Shown here piece after piece: positions 33,231-43,931 of a stretch of DNA of 64,000 nt. Position 1 is the stretch's first letter. Each line of letters opens with the position of its first letter. Source of the stretch: a candidate division FCPU426 bacterium (lineage in GTDB: Bacteria; Oederibacteriota; Muellerivitia; Muellerivitales; Muellerivitaceae); assembly GCA_963719085.1 (NCBI GenBank), contig CAVRAL010000004.1, positions 64,001 to 128,000 on the forward strand, read 5' to 3'. The notes under the pieces were generated by a model, which had not been told where the DNA came from, did not search any database, and saw nothing but the letters and a program-made list of their open reading frames with translations. Both the position numbers and the translations under genes were made by a program.

Positions 33231-36200
33231 TTAATGCAGGATCGCCAACCGGGTCACTTGCCGCTGGCTGCTGCCGCTGGAGTTCGTCATCACGATATCC
33301 GCGATATAAAGGCCGCTGGCCAATCGAGAAATGTCCAAGGTGTAAAGGCCTCCGCCCGTGTTGACCAAGGGCGGCAGGGACGTCAACTCACCCGCCAGGG
33401 TATAAAGCCGGACCGATAGGCTCAAGGAAGCGGTGGGATCCTTGAAGGTCACCAGGTTTCCGTAAACCGAGGGATTGGTCGGGTTCGGATAAACCGTAAT
33501 GCCTGAGTTGGTCACCTGGGTGGAAACCGGCATCACCACGACGGATTGGCTGAATTCCGACTCATTTCCCTGTCCATCGGTGGACTTAATCTCGAAATAA
33601 TATTGACCCGCGCTGACAATTTGTCCGGCGTCATTTCGACCGTCCCACAAAAAGGAAACGCCCGAGGACAAGGACAAAGTCGTTGTATCGTTCGTTCCGC
33701 CAAGATTACTAGGCGTGATGACCGAATTGGATATCTGGGCGTTGCTGGAGAGCGCCATCGAATCCACTTCGGTCTGGGCCAATTGACGCACTTCCTCGCC
33801 CGCGCTGTTAAAGACGAGGACTTGAAGCTGGGCGACTTTGCGGTTCACGACCGCCGGCTGGGTGACGGAGGTGACATTGCCCATGGGGTCCGCGCTGTCG
33901 ATTTTAATATAGTATTGCCCGTTATTGACCGGCTGCCCGGCGTTGTTGGTCCCGTCCCAAATCCCGATATTCGTTCCCTGGAAAATGATATTAATCTTGT
34001 CTTCCAAGGTGGCGATGATGTTCGAAGTCGATAAGGTCACATTTTGAATGGGGAATGAATACTGGGTGATGGAAATGGTTTTCACGATTTCACCCGCCGA
34101 ATTAAACACGTTGATGCGGACCGTGTAGGCGCCCGACACCGTCACCGGTGCCTGCACCACTTGGGGCGTGGGGTTCGCGGAATAAGAAAGCGCGGCCTGG
34201 TTCTTTAACACGGTGCCGCCCGTGTCCAACAAGTTGACTTGGGCGATGTAAGGCAAGGTGAAGGTACCCGGACCTAAAGTCGGGAAAGTCCAGACCAACA
34301 AAGTCCCCGTGCCGGGGGTGGGCCCCGCCGTGGGCAAGCTCACGACTGTCGGGGCCGGCACGCTGGAAGATGAAATATAAGTCATGCCGGCGGGAACCGT
34401 ATCCGTCACCGTGACGCCGGTGGCGGCGCTCGGCTCAATATCCAAACCGATGTTATAGGTAACCTGGTCCCCGGCGGCGGGTTGGGTGTTGGAAGCCGTT
34501 TTATGGATCCCCACCAAAATCACCGGTGTGTTGGTGGCCGTGGGGCTGTTGGTGGGAGTGGGGGTAAAGGTCGCGGTCACAGTGAATGTGGCTGTGGGTG
34601 TCAGCGTGGGCGTCGGCGTAAAGGTGGCGGTCGCGGACGGAACCGGCGTGAAAGTATTGGTCGCGGTATTCGTGACAGTCGGCGTAAAGGTATCCGTGGG
34701 CGAGAAAGTGGGCGTAAAGCTATTGGTCGGAGTAAAGGTGGGTGTCACGGTCGCTGAAGGCACAGGAGTGGGCGTGTCGGTCGGGGTATCGGTAGGCGTT
34801 ATTGTATTGGTCGGAGTCGGGCTGTTGGTCGGAGTCGGTGAAGGCGAAGGCGTGGGGGAAGGGGTCGGTGTGGGCGTATTTGTCGGGGTATTCGTGGGAG
34901 TCGGAGTGGCCGTGTTTGTGGGCGAAGGCGTTGGGGTTTTAGTCGGCGTCGTGGTCGGTGTATACGTGGGCGTCTGGGTCGGAGTCTGGGTCGGGGTGTT
35001 TGTGGGTGTGGGCGATGGGGTTCTTGTGGGAGTTGGGGTCGGGGTAAAGGTATTCGTGGGGGTTGGCGTCGGCGTAGGCGTGGAGCATAAAATAGTGGCG
35101 GTTACCGCGTTGGAGGTTACCGCGTTGGCGCCCAAGGATTGGATGAAAGCCGTGTTCGTGATGCCGCTTTCGCCCGCGCAGGAAACCGGACCCCACCAAG
35201 TGACCCCGCCGTTCAAGTTATAAATCGTGCCGGGAAAATTCCAAACGAGCGTGGAAGGCCCGCCCGGACCGGTGATATTGCCTCCCGCGCCGGTGGTGAC
35301 CTCGCCTGAATAAGTCACTCCGGGCGGAACCGGATCCGTCAGCTTGCCGTTCACCACGGCAAAGCCCGTGTAATACTTCAGATTGCTGTAGTAATCATCC
35401 CCGGAGGAACCGTCCGCCTGCCAGCCCATCTGATAACCCGTATCGGTACAGGAAGGATTGGACGTGGTGTTTTCAACCACCGTCATTTGCCAATTGCTGG
35501 GCGGCGTGGTGCCCCTAGGCCAAACTTTCGCTTGGATCGTAATGGGGCCCGTTCCAGTCACTAAAGCCTCTTCCGTATACCAAACGCCCGCCGTGATGTT
35601 GGTTCCGATCGCCGCGTTGGCGGCCGTCGCGGGGAATGTCACCACACCCGGACCGTTGTTTTCTTGCAGGAAGAAATTGCCAGGGCCCGTATCCAGGGAA
35701 ATCCCCAGCATATAACCTTTTTGGGTCCCGGGGTCAAAAGCCACCACCATGGTCGCGTCGCCGCCGCTGTCATAACCGGGCGGAATTTCCAAATCACCTT
35801 CCACCATGAAATCGCCGGAGCAGAGATTGATGTTGGGGCTGCTGCGCAAAAGCGCGGGATAGTTGCCGTTCGTTCCCGATCCCGTATAGGCGTTGATGTA
35901 ATGATTGCCTTGGGCGTCACTTTGAACCGTGAAAGTTCCCGTTCCGCCGGTCGTGTTGTAATTGTATCCGGTTCCGTCATATCCATTCACGCCGGCGTTT
36001 GTGGTTCCCGTCCCCACATTGTCGTAAGAATCATAAAGCTGAAGATTGAGTCCGCTGATTTGATAAGTCAATCCGTAGGTGATGATGTCCCCGGGATTTT
36101 CGGCAAGAGTCGAAACCACGCTGTCTTGGGTTTTGGTCAAGGTGAAGCCCGCCTCATTCACGTTGGCTTGGGCCACATTAGACGTCACCGATCCGGTCGC

Positions 36201-37052
36201 CGCGGAAGTCGCACTGGCTTGGTTCGTGATAGCCGTCCCGGTCGCCACGCCGCCGTTCACCTGGGTCAAAAACCAAACCTCGCCCGAAGTAGCCGGAAGG
36301 CTGGCGGGCAAAATCCAAGTGATCGTTGATCCTGATAAAGTTCCACCCGGGCTGATGGCGCTGGCCGTAGGGCTGACTAAACTGACATTGGCCGGAATGG
36401 TATCCTTGATGGTCACGGGTCCGGTGTTTCCATAAGTGTAGTCAATCCGGAAAAGGACCAAGTTGCCGTCGTTCGGGGAAGTTCCATCCGCTATTTTAAG
36501 AAGGCTTAAGTTCGCCGGCGGATAAGGTATATTGACAACCGCGGAGGTATGGGCCACCACGCCCGAGTTACATTGGACGTAATAATCCCCCGCCGACACA
36601 TCCAGATTATAAGCCCCCGCGTTCAGGGTGCTGGGAATGGTGACATTAAAAACCTGCGTGTAGGGACAAGGCAAAGGGCTATTGGGAACCGGCACGCCGG
36701 CCCATCCATTCCCCCCTGGATCACTCACATCATTTCGCGCGGAAGAAACCACGCTCACGCCCGTAGGAGTGGTTCCGCCGTCCACCAAAAGCGCTTGGTT
36801 CGCGGCCGGGCAGGCTTGAATAGTGTTTGAAGACGGGTTCAATGCCACCAACCAATAGGGGGTTACGTTGGCGGTCTCACAATAGGTCACCGTCACCGCG
36901 ACCACCGAACCCGGCGAGGGATTGGCGTTTGAAATTTGAATGTTAGAAATGCTCACGGCGGCCGAAACCAAACCAGGGCATAGCCAACAAAGCACCAACC
37001 CCATGGCGGAAAGACGATTAAATCGTTTTGAGATGTCTTTTAAAAACTTCAT
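33231..37052 (-). CDS. Large secreted surface protein: N-terminal domain + DUF11-like repeats + beta-sandwich + Thr/Pro stalk + DUF11 + 2x FlgD-Ig-like + CTD
   Basis: Likely start ATG 37052 (ORF is open to 37118). Signal peptide; [47 protein letters not shown]...LASGLY...RLAILH*. Confidence 0.85.
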   Translation of the reverse strand: MKFLKDISKRFNRLSAMGLVLCWLCPGLVSAAVSISNIQISNANPSPGSVVAVTVTYCETANVTPYWLVALNPSSNTIQACPAANQALLVDGGTTPTGVSVVSSARNDVSDPGGNGWAGVPVPNSPLPCPYTQVFNVTIPSTLNAGAYNLDVSAGDYYVQCNSGVVAHTSAVVNIPYPPANLSLLKIADGTSPNDGNLVLFRIDYTYGNTGPVTIKDTIPANVSLVSPTASAISPGGTLSGSTITWILPASLPATSGEVWFLTQVNGGVATGTAITNQASATSAATGSVTSNVAQANVNEAGFTLTKTQDSVVSTLAENPGDIITYGLTYQISGLNLQLYDSYDNVGTGTTNAGVNGYDGTGYNYNTTGGTGTFTVQSDAQGNHYINAYTGSGTNGNYPALLRSSPNINLCSGDFMVEGDLEIPPGYDSGGDATMVVAFDPGTQKGYMLGISLDTGPGNFFLQENNGPGVVTFPATAANAAIGTNITAGVWYTEEALVTGTGPITIQAKVWPRGTTPPSNWQMTVVENTTSNPSCTDTGYQMGWQADGSSGDDYYSNLKYYTGFAVVNGKLTDPVPPGVTYSGEVTTGAGGNITGPGGPSTLVWNFPGTIYNLNGGVTWWGPVSCAGESGITNTAFIQSLGANAVTSNAVTATILCSTPTPTPTPTNTFTPTPTPTRTPSPTPTNTPTQTPTQTPTYTPTTTPTKTPTPSPTNTATPTPTNTPTNTPTPTPSPTPSPSPTPTNSPTPTNTITPTDTPTDTPTPVPSATVTPTFTPTNSFTPTFSPTDTFTPTVTNTATNTFTPVPSATATFTPTPTLTPTATFTVTATFTPTPTNSPTATNTPVILVGIHKTASNTQPAAGDQVTYNIGLDIEPSAATGVTVTDTVPAGMTYISSSSVPAPTVVSLPTAGPTPGTGTLLVWTFPTLGPGTFTLPYIAQVNLLDTGGTVLKNQAALSYSANPTPQVVQAPVTVSGAYTVRINVFNSAGEIVKTISITQYSFPIQNVTLSTSNIIATLEDKINIIFQGTNIGIWDGTNNAGQPVNNGQYYIKIDSADPMGNVTSVTQPAVVNRKVAQLQVLVFNSAGEEVRQLAQTEVDSMALSSNAQISNSVITPSNLGGTNDTTTLSLSSGVSFLWDGRNDAGQIVSAGQYYFEIKSTDGQGNESEFSQSVVVMPVSTQVTNSGITVYPNPTNPSVYGNLVTFKDPTASLSLSVRLYTLAGELTSLPPLVNTGGGLYTLDISRLASGLYIADIVMTNSSGSSQRQVTRLAILH

Positions 37053-37399
37053 AGGCTCGACCTTGTTCAAACAATTTGAAGGGTAATCGAAGTTTCTAAG
37101 GTGCATTTTCCCTGCCAAACCTAACGGCTAACCACACTCAAAGATGAAGGGGTTTTAACAATAAAACCTCAATGGAAAACCTTTATATACCCGTAAATGT
37201 CACTTTTCCACCGATTAAGTCAAAAAGATACTCATTTTAACGTCTAACTAGGTGGCAATTTAAGACAAAAGCCTATAAAGAAAAGGGGTTCAAACTCCTT
37301 ACTCCAGTGAGTCCAAGCGTTTTGATATTCCAGCCAAAATAGATGCTCCGCCAAATCCCGATAAACCAAGGTCCGGGCTGATCCACCCAGCTATTTCCC

Positions 37400-38470
37400 T
37401 CAAGTCTTTTGAGCGATTAAAAGTTCCTTTATTTGGTTCAAAACTTTGGAAGGATTTATCCGGGTCAGGCATTCCTGGTAGCCATTCGCCCCCGAAAGCG
37501 GTTCCCGAGGGTTGGGGCAAATGGTTTTATCGCAAGGGCCGCATTCGGGCGCGTCCTGCAAAAACCGGTGGCGGGGATCACCGGGTTTGTTCCAAGAAAT
37601 ACCCCAAGTGGGTCCGAAAAGCGTCAAGCTCTTAACGCCCAAGGCCTGCGCCATATGTTGCGGCGCCCCGTCGTTCCCCACCAAAAGATCGAGCGATGAA
37701 ATAATTCCCGCCAATTGACGCAGGCCGGTCGCGGGTGCCGGGATGACCTTGTCCTCCAACCCTTGAATTATTTCAGCCAGAAGGGATTCATCGCCGGGCC
37801 CAGTTAAAAGCAGCGGCTTCACTTCCAATTGCCGCCAGGTTTTTAAAATCAACTCCCGCCATAAAACCGCGGGCCATCGCTTGGCGGACCAAGTGCCGGT
37901 TGGATTAAATCCGATTTTTGTTTTTTTCGCGTCACCCAGCCCAATGGTTCGCAGAAGGTTTTTCGCCGCCTTCCTTTCCCCGTCGGTTAAAAAAATCTCG
38001 GTGTCGATTCCGGCGCCGGGAATTCCCAAATGCCGAATCACGTCTAAATTGACTTCCACTTGGTACTTACGAATCCGGTTCATCGGCACCGGGTGGGTAT
38101 AGGCCCACTTGCGCCCGCGATAAGCGTAACCGGCCCTTGTCGGGGCCCCCGACAGCAAGGCTATCCAAGCGCTCCGTGGATTGCCAAAAAGATCAAAAAC
38201 CAAATCATAACGCGTTTGGCGCAATTGCTTGATGAATTCCCATTGGGCGAAAAGCGAAACGCCTTTGGCCGGCGCGGTTAACACCCTCGTCAATCGGGGA
38301 TTGTTTTGAAGAAGCTGGGCGGGGATCGGATCGGCCAAAAAGTCAATTTGGGCTTTCGGATAGGCCGCGCGAAGGGCCCGGATCAGGGGCGTGCAAAGCA
38401 CCACATCCCCAATCGCCTTCAGCCGGATGAAAAGAATTTTTTCAGGCGCGGTCGAGAGCACGGGCTTCAA
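37400..38470 (-). CDS. Glycosyltransferase family 9 (heptosyltransferase-like)
   Basis: LKAIGDVVLCTP, KRWP, GNDGAPQHMA, LFGPT. Start uncertain. Confidence 0.9.
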   Translation of the reverse strand: MKPVLSTAPEKILFIRLKAIGDVVLCTPLIRALRAAYPKAQIDFLADPIPAQLLQNNPRLTRVLTAPAKGVSLFAQWEFIKQLRQTRYDLVFDLFGNPRSAWIALLSGAPTRAGYAYRGRKWAYTHPVPMNRIRKYQVEVNLDVIRHLGIPGAGIDTEIFLTDGERKAAKNLLRTIGLGDAKKTKIGFNPTGTWSAKRWPAVLWRELILKTWRQLEVKPLLLTGPGDESLLAEIIQGLEDKVIPAPATGLRQLAGIISSLDLLVGNDGAPQHMAQALGVKSLTLFGPTWGISWNKPGDPRHRFLQDAPECGPCDKTICPNPREPLSGANGYQECLTRINPSKVLNQIKELLIAQKT

Positions 38471-38471
38471 T

Positions 38472-38508
38472 AAAAAAAACCGGACAGGCTCTTCCCCATC
38501 CGGCTTTT
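38472..38508 (-). terminator. Intrinsic terminator after ilvE
   Basis: Minus strand gccggatggg-gaagag-cctgtccggt followed by a T run. Confidence 0.65.
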
Positions 38509-38552
38509 AAAATAAAAATTAAACGTCAACCCGCTGCGGCGAGCCATGTCCG

Positions 38553-39467
38553 TTAGACCCGGGTGAACCAATCAAATTTATCCGCGACCTCGCCTTTGAT
38601 GATGTCAAAGAAAGCCTTTTGAACTTTTGTCGTCACGGGCCCGCGTTTGCCGTCCCCGATCATGATATTGTCGATCTTGGAAACCGGCACCATTTCGGCG
38701 GCCGTTCCGGTGAGGAAAACCTCATCGGCGATATAAAGCGATTCGCGCGGCAGTACTTGCTGGCGGATTTCAATTCCCATGTCCCGGGCCAAAACAAAGA
38801 TCGAGTGGCGAGTAATCCCGGCCAAAATCGCCCCGCTGGTGGGCGGCGTGAAAATGACGCCGTTCTTGACCATAAAGACGTTCTCCCCCGACCCTTCGGA
38901 AACGTAACCGTAGTGATCCAAAGCGATCCCCTCGTCGAATCCGTCCTGAACGGCTTCCATCTTGACCAGCTGGGAATTCAAGTAATTGCCCGCGGCCTTC
39001 GCCAAAGCCGGGAAGGTGTTGGGCGCTTGGCGCTGCCAGGAGGAGATGCGCACCGAGATACCCTTGCTGAGGGCTTCCTCGCCCAAATAAGATCCCCAGG
39101 ACCAAGCGGCGATGGCGCATTGCAGGGGGTTTTTCAAGGGATAAAGGCCCATGGCGCCGTAGCCCCGAAACACGAAGGGGCGGATATAGCAGGCCTTGAG
39201 CTTGTTCGTCTTGACGACTTTGACAATGGCGTCGGCGAATTGTTTTTTGGTGTAAGGAATTTCCATGCGGTAAATTTTGGCTGAGTCAAAAAGCCGGTCC
39301 ACATGGGCTTCCAGGCGGAAAATGCCGGGCCCCTGTTTGGTGTGATAGCAGCGCACACCCTCGAAAACGCAGGAACCATAATGGACCGCGTGGGACAAAA
39401 CGTGAATATTGGCTTTTTTCCAATCCACCAGCTTTCCATCCATCCAAATTTTGCCTTTGCCGAACAC
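38553..39467 (-). CDS. ilvE: Branched-chain amino acid aminotransferase
   Basis: HYG..VFEG.R, YIRP, AKAAGNYLNS, EGSGEN, ILAGITR, TGTAAE. Confidence 0.96.
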   Translation of the reverse strand: MFGKGKIWMDGKLVDWKKANIHVLSHAVHYGSCVFEGVRCYHTKQGPGIFRLEAHVDRLFDSAKIYRMEIPYTKKQFADAIVKVVKTNKLKACYIRPFVFRGYGAMGLYPLKNPLQCAIAAWSWGSYLGEEALSKGISVRISSWQRQAPNTFPALAKAAGNYLNSQLVKMEAVQDGFDEGIALDHYGYVSEGSGENVFMVKNGVIFTPPTSGAILAGITRHSIFVLARDMGIEIRQQVLPRESLYIADEVFLTGTAAEMVPVSKIDNIMIGDGKRGPVTTKVQKAFFDIIKGEVADKFDWFTRV

Positions 39468-39551
39468 GGGAAACTCCTATTAAGGGAATACTGAAGAGGC
39501 TGCATTATAAGAGCAAATCCAGGTTTTGGGGAGAGGGACTTCCCGCCGCTT

Positions 39552-40595
39552 TTAGGGTTTTTTGAGGGAATTCGACCGGGTCATGTCTAAAACCAATTGG
39601 GCGGCGTCTTGCGCGGTGAGGGCCTTCATACAGGCCATCAACCCGCAGGCGTCCAAGCCGCAGTCGCCGCAGGGAACCGGCGCGTAAAAAAAACGATGGG
39701 GCCTTTCGTAAGGAAACCAAACTTCAGGCACACCGGGGCCAAATATTCCCAAGGTTGGTGTTCCCACGGCCGGGCCCACGTGCATGGGTCCGGCGTCGTT
39801 GGCAATCAGCACATCCGCGGCTTCCACAAAGGCCATCAGTCCCCGCAAAGAAGGCTGTTCGATCAAGATCCAATCCTTATCCATGCGGTCCTTAAATTCC
39901 TCAACCAGTTGTTTTTCTTTCGGGCCGAAAATCGCCAAGATCCGGAAACCCGCGGCCTTTAACCGGGCGCCCAATTCCACGAATTTTTCCAGCTGCCAAT
40001 GTTTAGCCGGCCAGGAGGCTCCCGGCGACAGCACCGCCAATTTTTCCCCGGGGTTTAACCGGGCCCGGTCTAAAAGTTTTCGGGCATAATTTTTTTCCGC
40101 GTCGCTGACTTTTAAAAAAGTCCGGTAAGGCGCCCCCACCTTGGCTCCCAAGGCGCGCGCCTGATCCAAATAGGCTTCGGTCACCGGCCGGCGTCCGGAA
40201 GCATCCGGCGGCGATGACGGCGGCGCCAGCTTCGTATAGGCCCAAGTCCTTCCCCTTAAATCAAACCCGATCCGGGTCTTGGCGCCGGAAAAAAAACTCA
40301 TTTGAGCCGTGCGGGGATTTCCAAAAAGATCCAGGGTCACGTCGAATTTCCGGGAGCGCAATTGGGAGTAAAAATTCCAGAGATAACCCAAATTATTTTT
40401 CCGGGCGGGATCAAAAACAATCACTTCATCCAAGTCCGGATGATGCTCTAAGGCTTGCGCGTAAGGCGCCTCGGCCAAAAAGCAAACTTGAACCCCCGGC
40501 CAGTTTTCTTTTAAAACCGAGGCCAGGCCGGTGGCCAAAACCATATCCCCCAAAAAGCGGGGCCGAAGAATTAAAACCTTGGAAGGCGTGGACAT
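39552..40595 (-). CDS. Glycosyltransferase family 9
   Basis: RFLGDMVL, SPGASWPAKHW, NDAGPMHVG. Start ATG 40595 coupled to the upstream stop. Confidence 0.9.
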   Translation of the reverse strand: MSTPSKVLILRPRFLGDMVLATGLASVLKENWPGVQVCFLAEAPYAQALEHHPDLDEVIVFDPARKNNLGYLWNFYSQLRSRKFDVTLDLFGNPRTAQMSFFSGAKTRIGFDLRGRTWAYTKLAPPSSPPDASGRRPVTEAYLDQARALGAKVGAPYRTFLKVSDAEKNYARKLLDRARLNPGEKLAVLSPGASWPAKHWQLEKFVELGARLKAAGFRILAIFGPKEKQLVEEFKDRMDKDWILIEQPSLRGLMAFVEAADVLIANDAGPMHVGPAVGTPTLGIFGPGVPEVWFPYERPHRFFYAPVPCGDCGLDACGLMACMKALTAQDAAQLVLDMTRSNSLKKP

Positions 40596-41656
40596 CAAGC
40601 CACCGTCGCGGGACCCAGGGTGCCGCGCAAAAGGGCCTTCAGGGTTTTGATCACATCCGCCGGTTTCAGCGAAGTCATGCACTCGTGTTTTCTTTCCACG
40701 CAAACTGAAAGGCCGCAAGGGCGGCAGTCGATCTCGCGTAGGACCAATGGATGGCGGTCCCGGGAATAAGGGTGCCATCGGCTTACCGGCTCAGGTCCCC
40801 AAATGGTCACCGTCGGCGCGCCCACCGCGGCGGCGATATGCCGGGGGCCCGAATCCACGCTTAAAACCGCCCGAGACCTTTGGTAAAGCCCTAAAAGCGG
40901 CGTCAGGGGGCTTCCCGCGTAAACCGGAATTTTTTTTCCCAGCTTATCCTCAATGGGCTTTAATCCGTTTTTTTCCAAAGGGGCGCAGGTGAAAAAAACC
41001 TTAAACCCGTTCCCCAGTAATTCCTGAATCACCGCCGCCCACTTTTCCGGATACCACTCTTTGCTGGGACAACTGGCGAAGGGATTGACGGCCACCACTA
41101 AATCCTGATCCTCAAACCGGTTGGCTTTCCAAAAAGTGTCGGCGAAGCTTAAGGCTTCCGACGGGACGGGCCAAAAACCCCCCGGCCGGTCATAACTTTT
41201 AGCTTCCAGGCCCAATAAACGAAGGACCCGGCTGTCCAGTTCCATGGCCGAGGCTTGGCGCTCGCCTTCCCCCGAAGCCGCCAAGTCATAAAGGGCATTG
41301 ATCCGGGGAAGCCCCAAGCCCAATTTTAAGCCCGCCCCCGACCATTGGATGATTTGGGCGCTTCGATGCGCGGCCGAAAAGTCAATCGCCAGGTCGTAAT
41401 GGCGTTTTTGAAGGGCCCGGACGAGCCGGAAATGTTTCCAAGCGCGGGAGACGAAATGGCGCTGGTCAATCCGGTTGCGGTGATAAGCGAAGACTTCGTT
41501 GGCCCAGCCGGTTTTTTGGAGAAGTTCTTGAGCGGGGGGCTGGACCAACGCCGTAATCCAAGCCTTGGGAAAGGCTTCCCGGATCGCCTCAAATTTTGGA
41601 CCCGCCACGACGACGTCCCCCAGGGGCCTGAGTTTCACGACCAGGATTCGTTTCAC
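40595..41656 (-). CDS. Glycosyltransferase family 9
   Basis: KLRPLGDVV, KEW, VDSGPRHIAAAVG. GTG start at 41656 (GTGA overlap). Confidence 0.9.
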   Translation of the reverse strand: MKRILVVKLRPLGDVVVAGPKFEAIREAFPKAWITALVQPPAQELLQKTGWANEVFAYHRNRIDQRHFVSRAWKHFRLVRALQKRHYDLAIDFSAAHRSAQIIQWSGAGLKLGLGLPRINALYDLAASGEGERQASAMELDSRVLRLLGLEAKSYDRPGGFWPVPSEALSFADTFWKANRFEDQDLVVAVNPFASCPSKEWYPEKWAAVIQELLGNGFKVFFTCAPLEKNGLKPIEDKLGKKIPVYAGSPLTPLLGLYQRSRAVLSVDSGPRHIAAAVGAPTVTIWGPEPVSRWHPYSRDRHPLVLREIDCRPCGLSVCVERKHECMTSLKPADVIKTLKALLRGTLGPATVA

Positions 41657-42744
41657 GCCGAAGCTCCACGGCTCAAAAATTCGGGCTTCACCCGGGTCTT
41701 GCCCGCTAATATTTTCCGCATGGATCGCAGAACTTCTTCCACCTGGATTCGGTGAAGGCAGATATAACCGATGGGGCAGGTTTTTTGAAAACAGGGACTG
41801 CATTCGGTTTGGTGATAAATGACCTCATGTCCCAAACCAAAAGGCCGGGTCCAAGCCGGGGAGGTGGATCCAAACAAAGCCACCGTGGGCGTTCCCACCG
41901 CGGCGGCCACATGCATGGGGCCGGTGTCATTGGTGATGAGGAGCTTGCATTGGGAAAGCAGCGCCGCCAATCCGCAAACCGAGGTTTCGCCCGCCATCAA
42001 ATGAACCCGTTTCGCGAAAGTTCCTTTTTTAAAATCGTCCACCAACGGCTTCAGATAAGCCGCTTCTTCCCGCCCGCCTAAAACCAACAAATCTTCCGGC
42101 CGGCTGTCTAAAATTTTTTGAATGGCTTGTTTCCAATAAGGCAGGGGCCAACGTTTGGCCGGGCCGTAAGTGGCGCCCGGCCCCAAGGCGATCCAACCGG
42201 CGCGGGAAAGCCCGTGGCGGCGGATCAGCGCCGCGGCTTCCGATTCACCTGGTTTCGTGGAAGCGTGCAGGGCCCTCTTGGCTTGACTCCCGGACGCGCC
42301 GAAACCTTTTTCCACCAGCCGGAGGTATTCCCGAACCAGATGGGTTCGTCGGGCCCATTCCAAAGGAACAGACTTGGTTAAAAAAGGGCCCCGTCCCTCG
42401 GACCCGTATCCGATCCGCTCCGGGATGCCGGCGGCGAAAAATAAAAAAGCCGAGGAAAAGGAAAGCGGCAGGGTCAACGCGGTGTCGAATTTTTCTTTTT
42501 TCAACTCCCGGGCGGCTTTCCAAAAACCCAAAATCCCGGCATGGCGGCCTTTGGGATCCAGAATAAAAACCGAATCCACACCGGGAAAAGATTTCCAAAA
42601 ATCGGCAAAGGCGGGACGGGCTAAGATCGTCAAACGCGCTTGGGGATAGATTTCACGCGCCCGAATGACCGCCGGCGTCGACATTACACTGTCGCCCAGC
42701 CAATTGGGAACACGGATCAGGATATTCTCCCGGGAAATATTCAA
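41653..42744 (-). CDS. waaF: Lipopolysaccharide heptosyltransferase II
   Basis: PNWLGDSVM, PGATYGPAKRWP, NDTGPMHVAAA, FGST. Confidence 0.88.
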   Translation of the reverse strand: MNISRENILIRVPNWLGDSVMSTPAVIRAREIYPQARLTILARPAFADFWKSFPGVDSVFILDPKGRHAGILGFWKAARELKKEKFDTALTLPLSFSSAFLFFAAGIPERIGYGSEGRGPFLTKSVPLEWARRTHLVREYLRLVEKGFGASGSQAKRALHASTKPGESEAAALIRRHGLSRAGWIALGPGATYGPAKRWPLPYWKQAIQKILDSRPEDLLVLGGREEAAYLKPLVDDFKKGTFAKRVHLMAGETSVCGLAALLSQCKLLITNDTGPMHVAAAVGTPTVALFGSTSPAWTRPFGLGHEVIYHQTECSPCFQKTCPIGYICLHRIQVEEVLRSMRKILAGKTRVKPEFLSRGASA

Positions 42745-43931
42745 GCAACCGTTCCTTCCTGGGCCGGGGCCGGACCCATGCCGATGACTTCTCGGTAGAT
42801 GCGCCTGAGTTTAGCCGTTAATACTTTCGTCGAATAGAGCTCACAGGCCCTTTCCCGGGCTTTGCGGCGGAAGGAAACGCGATAGTTTTGCTTCATCGAC
42901 AGCAGGACCCGCGCCAATCCTTCGGCGTCACCCGGGGGAAAAACCCTCGCGGCGTCACCCACGGCTTGGGTGATGCCCCCGCAATCCGAGCCCATCACCG
43001 GCACTCCGCAAGCCATGGCTTCCAGTATGGAATAGGGGCCCTGCTCGATCCAACCCCGGGTGGGAATACTGGGAAGGATGAATAGGTGGGCCAACCGGTA
43101 ATACCGGGGCATTTGGGCGTAATCCACAAAACCCGCCAAATGCGCTGACTTTTCAAGGCCGTTGCGCTCGATCCATGCCCTTCCCCCTTCCTCATCCCGG
43201 CCCACGATCAGCACATGCAGGTCTTTTTCTTTTTCCCTGAGTTTTTTCACGGCTTCCAGGAGCGTGAAAACCCCTTTGCTTTTCGCGATACGCGCCACGC
43301 AGATCACGACGAAAGCGTCCGCCGGAATCCCCAGGGATTCCCGCAATTTCGCGTCCGGCTTCCCCGGGAAAAAATGATCGGCGTCCACCGCGCTGGAGAT
43401 CATCCGCATACGCTCGTCCGGCACGCCCTCTTCCCGCAAGGCGGCGGCCGCGGCTTCGTTCACCGGAAGAAAAAGGTCCGCTTGTTCCTTCACCGCCGCC
43501 TTGATTCTTCTTTCCATGAACTTATGCTCGTTCAAGTGGGGAATATTTTCCTCTTCGGTGACAACCAAGCGGCCGCCCCACTTTCGTTTGGCCAGGGCCG
43601 CCTCATAACTGAAACAAAACGAATGGTCCCGAATGTGGTAAATGTCAAAACCCTTCAAATGATTCACGATGCCGCAAAAAGAATGGGTACGGCCTGTGAG
43701 CTTGTCCCGCGCCGCCTGCCATTTACGTTTTTCCCGTTCAAAGGGGGTCTTCCCCGCGATGGGACACCAAAGGGTCTGCTGGGGGATCGCGATGCGGGAG
43801 GTATCGAACATCCCCACATGCGGACCAAAAGTCGTGATGTCGAACTCATCCCGCATTTTCGCGTAATTTTGCATTTCAAAGGGATTCAACAACGGCCCCC
43901 GAAGGAGGGCCACCTTGGGTTTGGTTTTCAT
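42741..43931 (-). CDS. Glycosyltransferase family 4
   Basis: ARIAKSKG, PS...EQGPYSILEAMACG.PV. Confidence 0.9.
   Translation of the reverse strand: MKTKPKVALLRGPLLNPFEMQNYAKMRDEFDITTFGPHVGMFDTSRIAIPQQTLWCPIAGKTPFEREKRKWQAARDKLTGRTHSFCGIVNHLKGFDIYHIRDHSFCFSYEAALAKRKWGGRLVVTEEENIPHLNEHKFMERRIKAAVKEQADLFLPVNEAAAAALREEGVPDERMRMISSAVDADHFFPGKPDAKLRESLGIPADAFVVICVARIAKSKGVFTLLEAVKKLREKEKDLHVLIVGRDEEGGRAWIERNGLEKSAHLAGFVDYAQMPRYYRLAHLFILPSIPTRGWIEQGPYSILEAMACGVPVMGSDCGGITQAVGDAARVFPPGDAEGLARVLLSMKQNYRVSFRRKARERACELYSTKVLTAKLRRIYREVIGMGPAPAQEGTVA

Noticed and set aside
19228..35223. Long plus-strand Val/Gly- or Arg/Gly-rich ORFs (for example 24964-29298, 26480-28051, 34486-35223; also 1206-2120)
   Set aside because: They are antisense shadows of Thr/Pro codons (ACN/CCN read as GT/GG), with no independent start signals or domains.
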